A DNA stretch of 64,000 nucleotides from Styela clava (taxonomy: Eukaryota). Below the pieces are notes generated by a model. The model saw only the letters and a list, made by a program, of their open reading frames with translations. It made no database searches and was not told where the DNA came from. The translations under genes were made by a program, and so were the position numbers. Positions 40,267 to 53,193 of the stretch are shown here, piece after piece. Each line of letters begins with the position of its first letter. The first letter of the stretch is position 1. The stretch is taken from NCBI RefSeq assembly GCF_964204865.1, contig NC_135251.1:20150001-20214000 (forward strand). Direction: 5' to 3'.

Positions 40267-40430
40267 CTTTGATGAAACAAATTCAACTATTTGACGCTCT
40301 GTGGAACAAAAAAGAAAATCCTCTCTGGAGTGATTAAAATCATTGCTTACTCAGGTTGTTGACTGAGGCATGTGTGATATAAGAGCAAGACAAAAAAAAT
40401 TCTCTCTCACCACAAAAGCCATTCTGTCGG

Positions 40431-40671
40431 AAGTTGTGTTGTGTTGGTGAATTACCGCTATATGTTGATCGAGAGCTATGACGTCATTGTCGAGCACGTT
40501 GCGGACATTCTTGAAGGACATTCTGATAGTGAAGCTGGTCGCGCTAACATGTCTCTCGCGGGATCTACTCTAACAGACTTTTCAGTTAACCTAAATAATT
40601 TGCGTGCTTGCTTTATTTATTCGTTATAAATAAACGCTACGAGTTGCTCTCCACGAAACATGACACAACTT
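40431..40671. mobile_element. Small MITE-like element
   Basis: Imperfect terminal inverted repeats AAGTTGTGTTGTGTTGGTG / CACGAAACATGACACAACTT. No clear TSD. Confidence 0.45.
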
Positions 40672-41839
40672 CTTATCATAGCCATTTTGATCTTCAGCAC
40701 ATGATACCAGTTACCAACAGGAATCTTTGTTCATGGCAAAAAGAAAAAATAGTGTGAACAGTGTGCAGAACAGCCACTAGTGCATAAAACACATAGACGC
40801 ACAGAAAAAGGAACTCTAGGTCAGTCTGATCTGTTCATGATATGGGAGTTTAATGCAACTACGTTGGCGATGCAGATTTGTGTTCAGCAGTCACTTGGAT
40901 ATTTTGAAACGTATAGTTACGTATGGGTAGATTCTTAGTTGTTCAAAGTTTTGTTCAGGAGATATGCAATATGGCAGCAACAACCCATCTACAAATATTA
41001 GCCCAAAACGAATGTGATCCTGCAACGTTTCTTGAGTTCCAATAAACTTTCACAAAATTATCAAAATTACTTTTATTTATTTCAAAACTTTCTGTGGGCT
41101 CTCTGGGATTCGTTTTTCACATTGAAGTTTTGTGTAATGACGTCATCGAAATAAAAACTAGCGCTTCGTGTGGTGGTTCGCAATATCATCCCAGCGATCG
41201 GGTGCTTGGCGAAATCGGAAGTTTTACTGTAAACGATTTGATACTCCATTTGTGACTTGAAATCTTTGGTATTTTGATCCATGTTTAGACTGGAAGCATG
41301 AATCATCATCGTCACAGGACCAGGAAAGCAGGTACAGTGCGGGTTGCGGCAGCTGTTCCACAGTTCCAGCTTTAATCAGGATATGATTTTGGAATGAATT
41401 GTTCGTAAAAAAAATTCTTGTTTTTTTTTTCATATCCATATATTTGAGCATAGTTCTCCTGTTTCATAAAAAGACATACGCTAAAATGAACGTAGGCAGT
41501 ATTACTATATAATGTTTCACATGAAGAGGTACTTGGCGCGGCATCGGTATATATTGTATGAATCAATATTCCGAGTGCTCACGCCAAATTATATCCGTTA
41601 CATAAAAACTCAGTAGGCGGTTATCAGTTAGTTGGCAAATAAATTTTAAAATAGCTAATATTTTACCAGACAGGCAAAATTGCCTTCAGTATTTATTTAG
41701 CTCAGGTTTATGGGTTTTATTTGGATACTAAAATTCGAGGTCTGAAATGTACATGAAAAAACTCATTTTCTCCGAGGGTCAAATATGTTATACAAAGTTG
41801 TTATTTTTATGAAGTGATCCATAGGTTCAAACATAATAT

Positions 41840-42650
41840 CGTCACGCTAATAACCAAATAACAAAAGTCATTTTTGGCGATTTTGAGTTTTTTATAAAAT
41901 AGATATTTATGTAATACTGCGCACCTGTCTGTTAACTCAGATTTTATTTTAAGAATTCCAAAACCCATAAAAATGGAGATTTAGTATGACATGCACATTT
42001 GTGCAATTGTTTCGTCATAATCAATTATCATGGTTACTGCAGGACTATTGTGACGTCACAAAGGCAAAATAACCTCGGCGAAGTATTTTCTTGTTTTTGC
42101 ATCTCGGATTCTAGCTTAGCGCGTATTAATTTGAATTTATACTACTGTATAGGAAGGCGTGCACTGTCCGAGTCCAATTCTCCTTGGTTGGCTTTTATAT
42201 AGGGTGCATTGCTGTTTTATTCTTTATATTTAATCTTAGTCGTATTTCGGTGGGTGTGCAGAACGTGTTATATTATTGAAATATATATTTTTACAAACAT
42301 AAAAAATAATGTAATTGAAACTTATTAGCTATTTCGGGAATTAGACATTGTAGATACTGAAAATGACATTCGTTTTTGGAATGTTTAGTTTTCAGGACTG
42401 GTGCATATAGTAAAGTTGCAAAACTGCGTATGTCCCCAAGTCATAGACATATTTCTGCCTAAGTCACAGTGCGCCATCATGACGTCACTTAACTGCGTCA
42501 TACAAATTAACTTAAATCCGGCTACGATCAAAAAATTGAACCAGGGCAAATTATTGACTCTCAATGGCGTAACAATATCATTAGGAAGTTTTTTACGTTT
42601 TTCTCAAAACTGCTAAAAATGACTTACGCAATTCGGTTATTAGCGTGACG
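41840..42650 (+). mobile_element. About 800-bp TIR element with 4-bp TSD (Sola1-like non-autonomous), copy 1
   Basis: TIRs CGTCACGCTAATAACC / GGTTATTAGCGTGACG, with TSD ATAT on both sides. Confidence 0.8.
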
Positions 42651-43088
42651 ATATGTGCTTTTTGTGATTAAATTTGTTGAGAAACTGTGAATTTTATGAA
42701 TCGAAACCGTGGTCCTTGTCGGAAATCAGATATCCAGCAATAACAACAAACAGTGTTTAGCATTCTTACTAATCAATATTGTTAGGGATGTTGTAAATAT
42801 TTTTCTTGTGATTGGATTAACATAGCAAAATACTTTTTTAATTCAAATTACAATATAATTATACCTCATTTGAAGAAGCTAATAGTAATGTATCGATAAA
42901 TTCCGAAACGTTAGTGCAATTCGTAATGCAGTTCACCTATCTATAATACCTTTATTTCCGGGCTATCTAGCTAAATTCTCTACAGACCATCGACGGAATA
43001 TAATTTTGTCACGACTTCGTTTTTTCAGCTAATTAGAAAGACAAATAATAAAAACAATACTTATCAATGTTTTCAGGCCAGAACTGTG

Positions 43089-46000
43089 ATGTGCCGAAAG
43101 TTGGAAATGTTAAAGAGCAGCCCAAAACAGTTGTATCTAATCTGTACATGTATGTGTTTCTCTGTGATGTTTCATTATTTGTGTCAAACGATGAATAAAA
43201 GGGAACCTTATTTAGATATAAACAAAACGGTAAGCAATAAGCATCGTGAAAAGTGTCGTCAAATGCAGCGGTATTGTAGGGTTATCTCAAATTCTACATA
43301 TACTTCACTTTTGGCCTCTTAGGTTACTGTATTACCTCTGTCAATCTGATTGTCGTATCAGCTGTTTTATGTATTTATTGTTCTATTTTTGTGCCAATGC
43401 TAAATATCCTACTTGTTGGGTCAATCTCACAGATATGTTACCCAGCGTAATTAGCATCGAAACCATTTAAGTAATGAATCATTGTAGTGAACATATTTTT
43501 ACAGTTATATTATGACCTTGGACACCTGCCTCAATAAAGCAGCTTATAACCCAATTGTTCCATCGGCACATGTTATAATAATGTATAACAGGGTTATGTC
43601 ACGATTCAAAAATGATTGTTGATAGTCCTTACTCTGATTGAATTTCAGTTATACTCCTGATAGAATGTCACACCGTGCAGGCACGTAAAAATGTACCTAA
43701 TTATCACTCATATGCTTTCTCGTACATTCGTAATATCCCCATTTGGGCACAATCATGCCCTAATTATTATACATACTTATAGCTTTAATTACTAGTTAAA
43801 TTCTTTCATATGGCCATTACTAAGATTATTCAGTAATCCATTTGTTATGATACTCTAGAATTCTGTAACTAAATCCATTTGTTAGTTTCCTTCTACCGAT
43901 TGCGATTAACACAATACAACAATAGCTTCCCAAAAACGAAACTTGTCAATGTTTTCCCAAGTAATTGAATTTCATGTATTGGTGTTTCATAAAGATCTTA
44001 ATATGTTTTCCAGTTACAAGACAAAAAAAATATTAATTTGGTGTTTATCGGAGGAAGTAATCACAGCGGCGCAAGTTTGACAAGGGCAATACTGGATTCC
44101 CATCAAGATATACATTGTAGGTGCGAAACATGGCTGATGGAATATATGCTAAGCGCAATGTCAAGGTGGACAAGGTGAAAGTTTATTTGTCTTTAGTTCT
44201 ATCTATCCATTTATTAGATCACCGATCTACAAGACTATCATTCTCAGTCGTTCTGTCTGTGTGTTGAGCTGCAGTGTCTAAACGGCAGGACCGATCGGGA
44301 TGAAATTCCCCATGTGGGTTATCCTGTCACCCTAGTAACGAGCGTTTCATAGAATGTCCGGATTGAATTTCGTTTCCATGACAACATCGAAAAAACTAGT
44401 CAACCAAGTCGAAATTGAAATTCCAAAAATGCTACCCAAAACACAGAAGAGAATACTCTTATTATGAACATAATTATTAGTTACCGCATGTCTATTTTGC
44501 AAAGATATCGACGAGACGCACAGCTCTAAAATGAACTGTACAATTGACGCGGTTCAATTGCCGGTTAGAAACCTGAAATAACGTGAGCCTCAAGCATCGG
44601 CGGAGATCCACACTGGGCGCCTACCAGCTTGTTTAATCAAGCATTTGTTTATAATAACATTTTTTTTTTAGATTTGAACAAAAGTTTTTCTTAGTGAACG
44701 CTGGAGTCTACCCAGAAGCGTTGGATGAAGCAATGGCCCAATTTATGTTGGAAATAATTCTTAGCTTTTGCCCAAATTCTAAACTATGTTGCTACAAAAG
44801 CACATTTATATTATCCTGGGCTAAGTAAGTATAATCTTCATGTTCAACTAGAAATATACTTGTCGAAGTGTATGTATGAAATACACATTATTCCGTTTTA
44901 GGTATGTTCACAAGTTGTTTCCAAATGCCAAATTTATTTATATGGTCAGAGATCCAAGAGCAACTGTTCATTCTGAAATGTCACAAAGGAATTCAAACAA
45001 CGTAACACACTATTGGTATGTATGTAAGATCAATTAACTACAAGACTATGCTACAACGAAAACTTTTCGAACAAGTACAGCACTTAGGCGTACTAAGATA
45101 TTATGGTCTGACACAAACGAAATTTAAAAGTACTATCTGTAGTTCTCTGTTTGATAAAATCATACGTTTCACCTTCATCAGACTCCACAATATAAATTCT
45201 AGGACAAAAACGATAGTTGAGATATGTCCCATTCTCAATGATCTCTCTACGTCAGACAAAATCCGTGTTTTTATACCTTTTTCTTGTTGTGCTGAAAACA
45301 ATGATATGCCGTCTGAAGAGTTTGTAAATGCGCTACGTTTAGGTTAACTATTAGGCATATCAGCAGGATCATAGTAAATACTTGTGACTTTCAAAACACA
45401 TTGAAAACACGCAGTAAAAAATATTTATATTCCTCATATACAAAAGAAAAGCTTCAATTGATGATCTCAACGACGCAAATTTAGAAATAATTATTATTTT
45501 GTCTTCATTATTTACTTGCTGACTTTACTCGTCTTAATTTTTAGGACGACTTTAAAAAAATGGAATGACAATAATTTATATTTCTACGATGAATGCGCGG
45601 ATTTAGGAAAAGAAATTTGTTTGATAGTTAAATATGAACAATTGGTATTAAAACCAGTTATGCAAACAAAACAAATTTTCAAATTTCTTGGAATTCCCTG
45701 GAACGACGAAGTTTTGCATCACGAAAGACATATCAATAAGTCTTCAATATTAAGGTAAAAAATTCAAAAAATACTCTTTAAAAATAAGTAATACTTCATT
45801 TTTATTGTGCTGATTTGACCAATCATCTTCATTCATAACCATTTTTAATTCAGTAATTTTATTCCTAGTTGTTCCTAGAGTTATTTGATATTTATTCCAA
45901 TGAGGGTAAACTATACACAATGGGTTTGTTATTTATCAAATATTACAATGAAAATAATATTTTAGATTAGAACCAGATGCGAGTGAAGAATTATTCAAAC

Positions 46001-46176
46001 CTTTGAACTTGGATGGACTAACAAAATGGGTTGGGAATCTCCCGAAAGAAGTCGAAGAACAATTGAAAATTTATAATGAAATGAAACTTTTTGGTTATGA
46101 CCCAGAAAAGACTACTCCGAAGTATGACCAACCCGATGATTTTATGATGAAAATGATGGCTGAACAAAAATTATAA
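43089..46176 (+). CDS. TPST-like sulfotransferase, clade A copy 3 (most divergent A copy)
   Basis: Exons 43089-43229 (TM anchor), 44014-44174 (VFIGGSNHSGASLTRAILDSHQDIHCRCET), 44672-44824, 44902-45015 (MVRDPRA), 45545-45754 and 45966-46176. Internal exon sizes of 161/153/114/210 match A2, and the frame is open. Confidence 0.9.
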
Positions 46177-46223
46177 TCTTTGAATTGCACGGGATCAAAG
46201 TCCGTTGTTGAAATACATAACAT

Positions 46224-47013
46224 CGTCACGCTACTAACCGAATTGCGTAAGTCATTTTTAGCAGTTTTGAGAAAAACGTAAAAAACTTCCTAATGATATT
46301 GCTATGCCATTAAGAGTCAATAATTTGCCATAATTCAATTTTTTGATCGTAGCTGGATTTAAGTTAATTTGTATGACGCATCATGTGACGTCATAATGGC
46401 GCACTGTGACTTAGGCAGAAATGTGTCTATGACTCGGGGACATACGCAATTTTGCAACTTGACTATATGTACCAGTCCTGAAAACCAAACAATCCAAAAA
46501 CGAATGTAATTCTTAGTATATACGATGTCTAATCCCAAAATAGCTAATCTGTTTCAATTACATTATTTTTTTTGTTTAGAAATAGATATTTCATCAATAC
46601 AACACGCTCTGCACATTCACAGACTAAAGTTAAATTTAAAGAATAAAACAGCAATCTACCTTATATAAAAGCCAACCAAGGTGAACTGGACTCAGACAGT
46701 GAATATCACAAGTTCACGCCTTCCTATACTGTAGTATAAATTGAAATTTATAAGCGGTAAGCTAGAATTTAAGATGCAAATATCCTTCGCCGAGGTTATT
46801 TTGCCTTTGTGACGTCACAATAGTCCTGCGGTAGCGATGATGATAATTCATTATGACGAAACAATTGAACAAATTTGCATATCATACAAATACTCTATTT
46901 TTATGGGTTAAAATAAGTTAACAGACAGGTGCGCAGCATTACATAAATACCTATTTTATGAAACACTCAAAGCCGCCAAAAATGACTTACGCAATTCGGT
47001 TATTAGCGTGACG
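46224..47013 (-). mobile_element. About 800-bp TIR element with 4-bp TSD (Sola1-like), copy 2, inverted relative to copy 1
   Basis: Same TIRs as 41840-42650. The body is the reverse complement of copy 1. TSD ACAT on both sides. It begins 47 bp after the A3 stop codon. Confidence 0.8.
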
Positions 47014-47788
47014 ACATATTGTTCGACTTTAAGTAATATAAGACTCGCATCGAGTCGCATGAAAACGATGGCAAGTTGACACACAATGTATTGATTTGGG
47101 GGCCACCCAATGGTTATATGCTATCTAGATTAGAGCACAAAATTGTTTTAAAGCTCTTCGGACTGACGCACATTATTTCGCAATTTTATCAGGCCCCGCC
47201 TCTTATCAAGGAAAAGTTCTTATTTGTGAAACGTCAAGAGTACTTTCGAACAGGATGCTGCTTTTAAGTGAAAAACGACAGAACGGCAGACAGTTGAAAG
47301 TATACTTAGAAAACTCTCGACATGTTTCTGTCATTTATATAGGAACAAATTTGCCAGGCTATAAAATCATACTTGAAAGTGACTAAAAACATATATGTGC
47401 TTTATGTATAGCTCATATTGTCAGCTGGCGTATCACTTTTCACCTAATATTACAGCTGTTGGTAAAGTAGGATAATCTCAAACAGTGAGGGTATTCAACT
47501 GTACACGTATATTCTGAAATCCAAAGTAATGCATTTTGCAACACTCATTATAATAATCTAAACCACGTTACACAATCACTTGCAATATGTAAGAAATATG
47601 ATATATTATACCATGCACACAGATGTTTCCGGGTACCTCGGTGTTTAGAAACTAACGGGCGCCTATATGTGAATAATTTTAAAAATCTGATATATATATT
47701 AACTCTATAAATTGAAATATCGTCATGTAATATAAAAATACTCCTGTATAAATATCGCATCTCTCAAATTAAGAACTAAATTCCATAT

Positions 47789-50755
47789 CTAGTACAGACT
47801 TGGAAATTTTTTCATGCGAGTGCAGCCGGACAGATACAAAGAAACACCCGCCCACTGTTCGCCCATTTCTTTTATGAAATTCGTTATCTTCAGAATGGTT
47901 TCAGCCGAGGGATGTGGATCATGGGAAAATATAAATATGTAATGGTCATCTGTCAATGAAGAATAAAAGAACATCAAAAACAAATTAATTAAATTAATTG
48001 AAAAGAAAATGGAAATATAAAGACAAATGTCCAGCTTTATAACAGAATCACCAATGCGATAGTGTGGCTATAATTTTTACGGAAACCGTTTGTTTTAATT
48101 TCTGAGTAATCGTGATACATGGGAATTCTATTAAAAAGAGTTTAAAATGGGATTCTATGATTTGAATTCTCTTACAATTTCAATGTCACCAATAAAATGA
48201 GTCCCTCACCTTCTTCTCCACATAGTGGTATAATAATGAAAGAACTGTAATCAGAGTAGTATCTTTCCGGGTGTTCGTAATGAGAATCAACTTCTGTAAA
48301 AATCAAACTAAAATAATTATTGTCGATGTAAACAACGGAAAAAGATGTTTGTTTGCCTTACACATCAAGCGGGCAATACTTTTAGTTGGAGGTACAAATC
48401 AATCCGAATGGGAAATGTTGGCAGAAATTGCATTAAAAAGTCTTCGGAATTACATCGAAATAAATTAGGCAAGATCAACCGAATATGCTGAAATAATTCC
48501 AAGTATAAGGACGTTCCAATAAAAATCAAATTAGTTAATTTTTATCAATTGGATTTTTACAAGACTAACTACCGTCTTCTATGCTTTCACGTTGGTGGAT
48601 CCGTATATGCATATAATGCAAGGTTACTGTAGCAGAAGTGAAGATAACTATCCTAAGTGATTCAATAGTCTTACTGCACACTAACACAGATATACATACT
48701 TCAACTATGTATTTCTGAGGAAGTCTGACCTGACCGAGATCAGACGAAACGTTACCAAAATATATTTGTGTTAATGTGCAGCAAGACTATTGAATCAATT
48801 AATTAATTTTTAAAATAGGTAATTTAATTTTTTTTGAAAACACATCAATAAAATGGAACCTATCTATATTTACTGTTAGTTTAATTGCTCTATTCATTAC
48901 ACATTACAGTATATTTACGGTACCGACCTTTCTTGGCTTCTTGAGAGTTTTGTAAGTGGTGATTTTCCAAGTCTATGTCCATTTCACGCAAGAAAACCTT
49001 GTCTGAATCGAATGAAATATGACTGGTTGATATGACTTTGAAAAAGCAACACTTTGTTAGATTCAATACAAACGAGATTACTAAGAAGAAACGTTATGAA
49101 CAACAATTGGTACATTATTGGTTCCATAATCTTTGCACCCGTAAATGGCACCCAAGATATTTACACCTGTATACATTTGCACCCACGGACATTTGCACTC
49201 ATGTACAATTGCACTCGTACGTACATATGCTCTTGCAGATTTTAGCACCAAGTTACAGATTGCATTCATAGACATTTGCACCCACGGATATTTGCACCTA
49301 TAGACATTTTCACCCATGGATTTTCGCACCCACTAACTTTGCAACCACGGACCTTTGCATCCATACATTTCAACCCATAGATTTTAGGACCTGCATATAG
49401 ACTGCACCCGTGGGTGTATGCACATGGGTACAAATGGACGTATCTGGAAATTTACATGGATAAAAATGTACGTGAGTGCAAATGTCACAACGCCGTCACC
49501 GAATTATTGAACACAAATTGGACCTTTGGATCGTTTTGTTAATATGTTGTCAGAATTTTTCTTCTAATTATTGGAAAAAAATCGATTTTCTCTTTAACTA
49601 CTGGACCAACTGCATTGAAATTTTTAGTAATCAATTGTTGCTGTCGCCGGAAGGCTATTACTCTCATTTATTCCAAAATGTTATATGAATCTTATGAGAT
49701 CTGATATTTCATCCAAAATTCCCTGTAATATGTTTTATTCGTGGGAATACGGCTATTAATCCGCCAATCGTGACGGCTGTCTTGCGTTTTGATTTTGCAA
49801 AATCTTGCGACGTGAAAGTCAGAAGTTTCTCGATATCGGTGCACTGTAGGTATCTGATGCACATTGTAAAAGGTAAAGTACTGTAAATAATTTAATACTA
49901 CAGTTGTTAGTGGAATCTTTCGGCATTTTAATTGACGCTTGCACAAGACGCATGAATGAATCAGCATTGTCACAGAGCCTGGTAAAGCTAGCAAAGTACG
50001 GTTACCGGACGAGTACGTCACGATGGTCGACAATTTCAGCTTCGTCCAGGATATGGTGTTAGGGGAAATTGTGAGTAAAATATTTCGTTTTTGTTTTCGT
50101 GTCCATATATTTAAGAATTTTTCTCTTGTTAAGCGATTGAGGTTCGTTTCCGTTCAAACTGTGCTTTTAGTATACACCAAAGTAAATTAAACTCACCTTC
50201 GGTTCGATTACGGAAATATATATTTAATCCACGATGAAAGTAGTGAAATGGCATTTCATAATATTTTGTACTCTCACTAAAATGTATAAGATTTCACGAT
50301 AAACACGGTTATATTTATGTTTAATTCACTATTTTGAGGTAGATTTAACTTTTATAACCTTACCAAGAGCCATTAAGCAATTATAAATACATATCATGTG
50401 TCAATGTTTAAAATAGTAATTTTGAAAAAAAAAACATGCAAATATCTTACTTTTCTCGTATCGCGAAAAAACGGAATTTTCCACCAGATTTTGTTGATTC
50501 AAATTCACTCGCTATAAAGCAGGAGACAACGCGGTCTAAAACGTCGCCAGCATTCAAAATTTGATACCAAACCCCTGATATCTGAAAAAAAGCATCAATT
50601 TAAAATATATATAATTTTTTTGTGTATTTATAGCGCTTTAGAAACATTACCTTGTCCCAATCGAAGTCATTCACAGGTTCGGGTAATCTACATTGTTTTG
50701 TTTTCACCCCAATAATAGTCAAAGTAAGCAGAAGAAATATTGAAATATTTATCAT
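47789..50755 (-). CDS. Secreted lipocalin-like (ApoD-like) protein 1, 6 coding exons
   Basis: Minus-strand exons 50755-50651 (MINISIFLLLTLTIIGVKTKQCRLPEPVNDFDWDK), 50581-50451 (ISGVWYQILNAG), 50276-50197, 49002-48928, 48293-48210 (YYSDYSSFIIIPLC) and 47949-47789. All GT-AG and phase-compatible. Has a signal peptide, GxWY, an SDY (TDY-like) motif and 4 Cys. Confidence 0.82.
48658..48796 (+). repeat. Penelope-like terminal fragment: inverted repeat enclosing a hammerhead-ribozyme-like core
   Basis: About 37-bp inverted arms. The core reads CTGAGGA-A-GTCTGA..TCAGAC-GAAACGTT. Related copies are at about 26683-26757 (-) and about 18335-18400 (-). Confidence 0.55.
49119..49495. mobile_element. MITE with internal ~15-bp tandem repeats (related to 28454-28656)
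   Basis: Many GACATTTGCACCCAC/TG units on the left and inverted GGGTGCAAATGT-like units on the right. Located in lipocalin-1 intron 3. Confidence 0.65.
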
Positions 50756-51477
50756 TGTAATTCACCTATTAATATATATAATTTAACTAGAAAAACCTAT
50801 AAGTCGTTATGATAGAAATAGGTAATGATAACAGGGTGTTAGCACAGAAACCTGTTCCTTAACATAACATAAGTAACTAGAAGCAAAAGTTTTTAACCTG
50901 CGTGAGGGTACGATCTATTGATACACAAAGGGAAAATGATGACAATGATTGTTGAGGCATCTTCCCAAGCGCAATAAATACGCTTGACAACGCCCTGTTA
51001 CCCTGCGTAGATTATTAAGATTGTGGACCGATATGGATAATTATAAATTATGAACAAGAAGCTTATAATATTCCCCGGTGCTCGGCAAACCCGTTCTTGA
51101 AATGTCGTGATGATCAGAGAAGATCAGATCTTGTTTTTCAGAACTATGAGATATACATAGTTTTCGAAAATGAGGCAACCTGTTTTTTGAAACCTATCAG
51201 CTTTCATTCCAGGCCTACACAAGCAACGGTAATTGATCAAGACTTTCACTTCTCGGATAAATATGAAAAACTTACTTTATCTGATGCTGAATGCAAACAT
51301 TGTACAAGTATCGTGAGTGCAGTTTTGTATACACTTTAATTTACACTCAAATTTCACTGAAGGAGAAGGAATACTAAAAATCAACATAAATCAATTACGT
51401 AAATAGGCCTACCAACATAAGCGAGTGTCTGGAACCCAATACTTTTTGAAGAAAAGTCAAATCAAGTTACAATATAT

Positions 51478-51789
51478 AAACGAGAATATCGGTCGGAGGC
51501 CGAAGACTTATCGATCGAAACTGCGGTTTCGATCCATGACTCTATAGTGACACCGCGTGTCTCATCACTAATTAATTAATAACTCGCTAATTATACGGAA
51601 TAATTCCAATCCAATAATCATCCAAAATCAATAGGCTTCTGGTCCGAGATATGATGAATGCACATGCAAAATTTGGAGAAGATTCAACCACGCCTTCATG
51701 AGATATTGCGTGCATCTAACAGACAAACAGACAGACAAACAGACATACACCTATCAACATACTTACCGATCTAAAGATCGATAAGTAAC
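51478..51789 (-). mobile_element. Helentron-associated non-autonomous element (DINE-1/HINE-like)
   Basis: Full-length relative of 35223-35515, in the opposite orientation. Confidence 0.75.
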
Positions 51790-53193
51790 AACTAATCAAA
51801 TATTATTGTTCTGCAATAGCCTAAACGTTGTAATTAAATACCTCAGAAAACGCATTCTATTTGCCTTATGCATGAGCGCAAAGTGATCACCTTTCGCTAA
51901 TCATTTTACACTAATGTATACATATCACGAAATATACATATTCAATAAACATGATAATCTGGGCTAGTTTACAATCTAAAACACACATATATATATATGT
52001 ACTATATCGTACAAGCTTGCCCTACCTTCAAACTAACAAAAATCTCATAATGTTCTCATATTTCTTCCAAGCAGTTATTTATTCTTACACGTATAAGATT
52101 GATGAATGAAGTTTCACATTTCAAATATTGATCTCCTCAAATCCTTTGCTTCAGACTTCCTCACTGTGTAACGTATACATCCAGTCAACACAAAATAATC
52201 TGAGTAGGGATTTAAAAAAATATTTTTGACGTAGAAATTTTAAGTATCAGTATTAACCATAGCTTGTCAATCTTCAAATATTCAGAGTAAATAGGTGAGA
52301 TGAACGAGTGACCACTTTATGTGGGTGAGTATTCTTGCTCGTGAACATAGATTTTATTTGCACAATATTTCTAGGTATTTTGTATTGTAACGTTCCTCAG
52401 AATCAATTTCATGTCTTCTTCCGTTTTGGGACTTTGAAGTAAGCAAACCGTCCATCTAGAAAACACATTATCATGAAGCAAGCCAGTATAAGTATAATTT
52501 GTTAGGACAGAAATTTCAAATATAATTCATTTATTTATCAGAGCTAACTTAAGTGGCCAACTAGCCAATATGCTTTTATTCTAAATATTCGCATTCGAGA
52601 CGAATGTACATGACTATTGATATCGGATGTGTTTATAAATAAACAAAGGATAAAATTATGTGTAAAATATGCATAAATGTGTCAAAAATGCTGAGAACTA
52701 TTTAATACAAAATACAAGATTTTGAAAAACATAAACTATAAATATTTAGCTAGAGTGATTCTGATTTCATTGAAGTGTACATGATTGAAAATTATAATAC
52801 AGAAAACGATTATCCCCCTCACGTATGTAGCGATGTTGGTCATCATAGATATAAAAATGTTGGTAATCAAATTAGCCGACTTTTGACTGCAACTATAGCC
52901 GAGTGTAATCGTTAAGTTAGACACTAAGTCTAAACACAATAAACTTCCACTCAGTAATGCGTTTTTACTGCAGTCATCTTAACCGTTGTTTTAACGTCTC
53001 CAATGCAAGCAGACGTTACTATACGTGCTTAGGTACAACAGTTTCCTTCTCGTCTTATCAATTCCATTTTACAAAGCCCGAACTGATAGCAGGTTAGCGT
53101 AAACTGAGGGACTACTACTGGCAAGCATGATCATTCAGTTGTGAGACGTATTTATTTAATTTTGATTCGCGCAGTCAGACATTTATTCACATA

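Noticed and set aside
39820-40272. 150-aa ORF
   Set aside because: It lies antisense across the tRNA-derived SINE and has no protein motif.
41840-47013. A3 having been delivered as one composite transposon
   Set aside because: Each element has its own matching TSD and the outer flanks differ (ATAT versus ACAT), so there is no evidence that joint transposition has already happened.
49119-49495. Repeat-protein ORFs (49032-49329)
   Set aside because: They arise from the ~15-bp tandem units of an intronic MITE.
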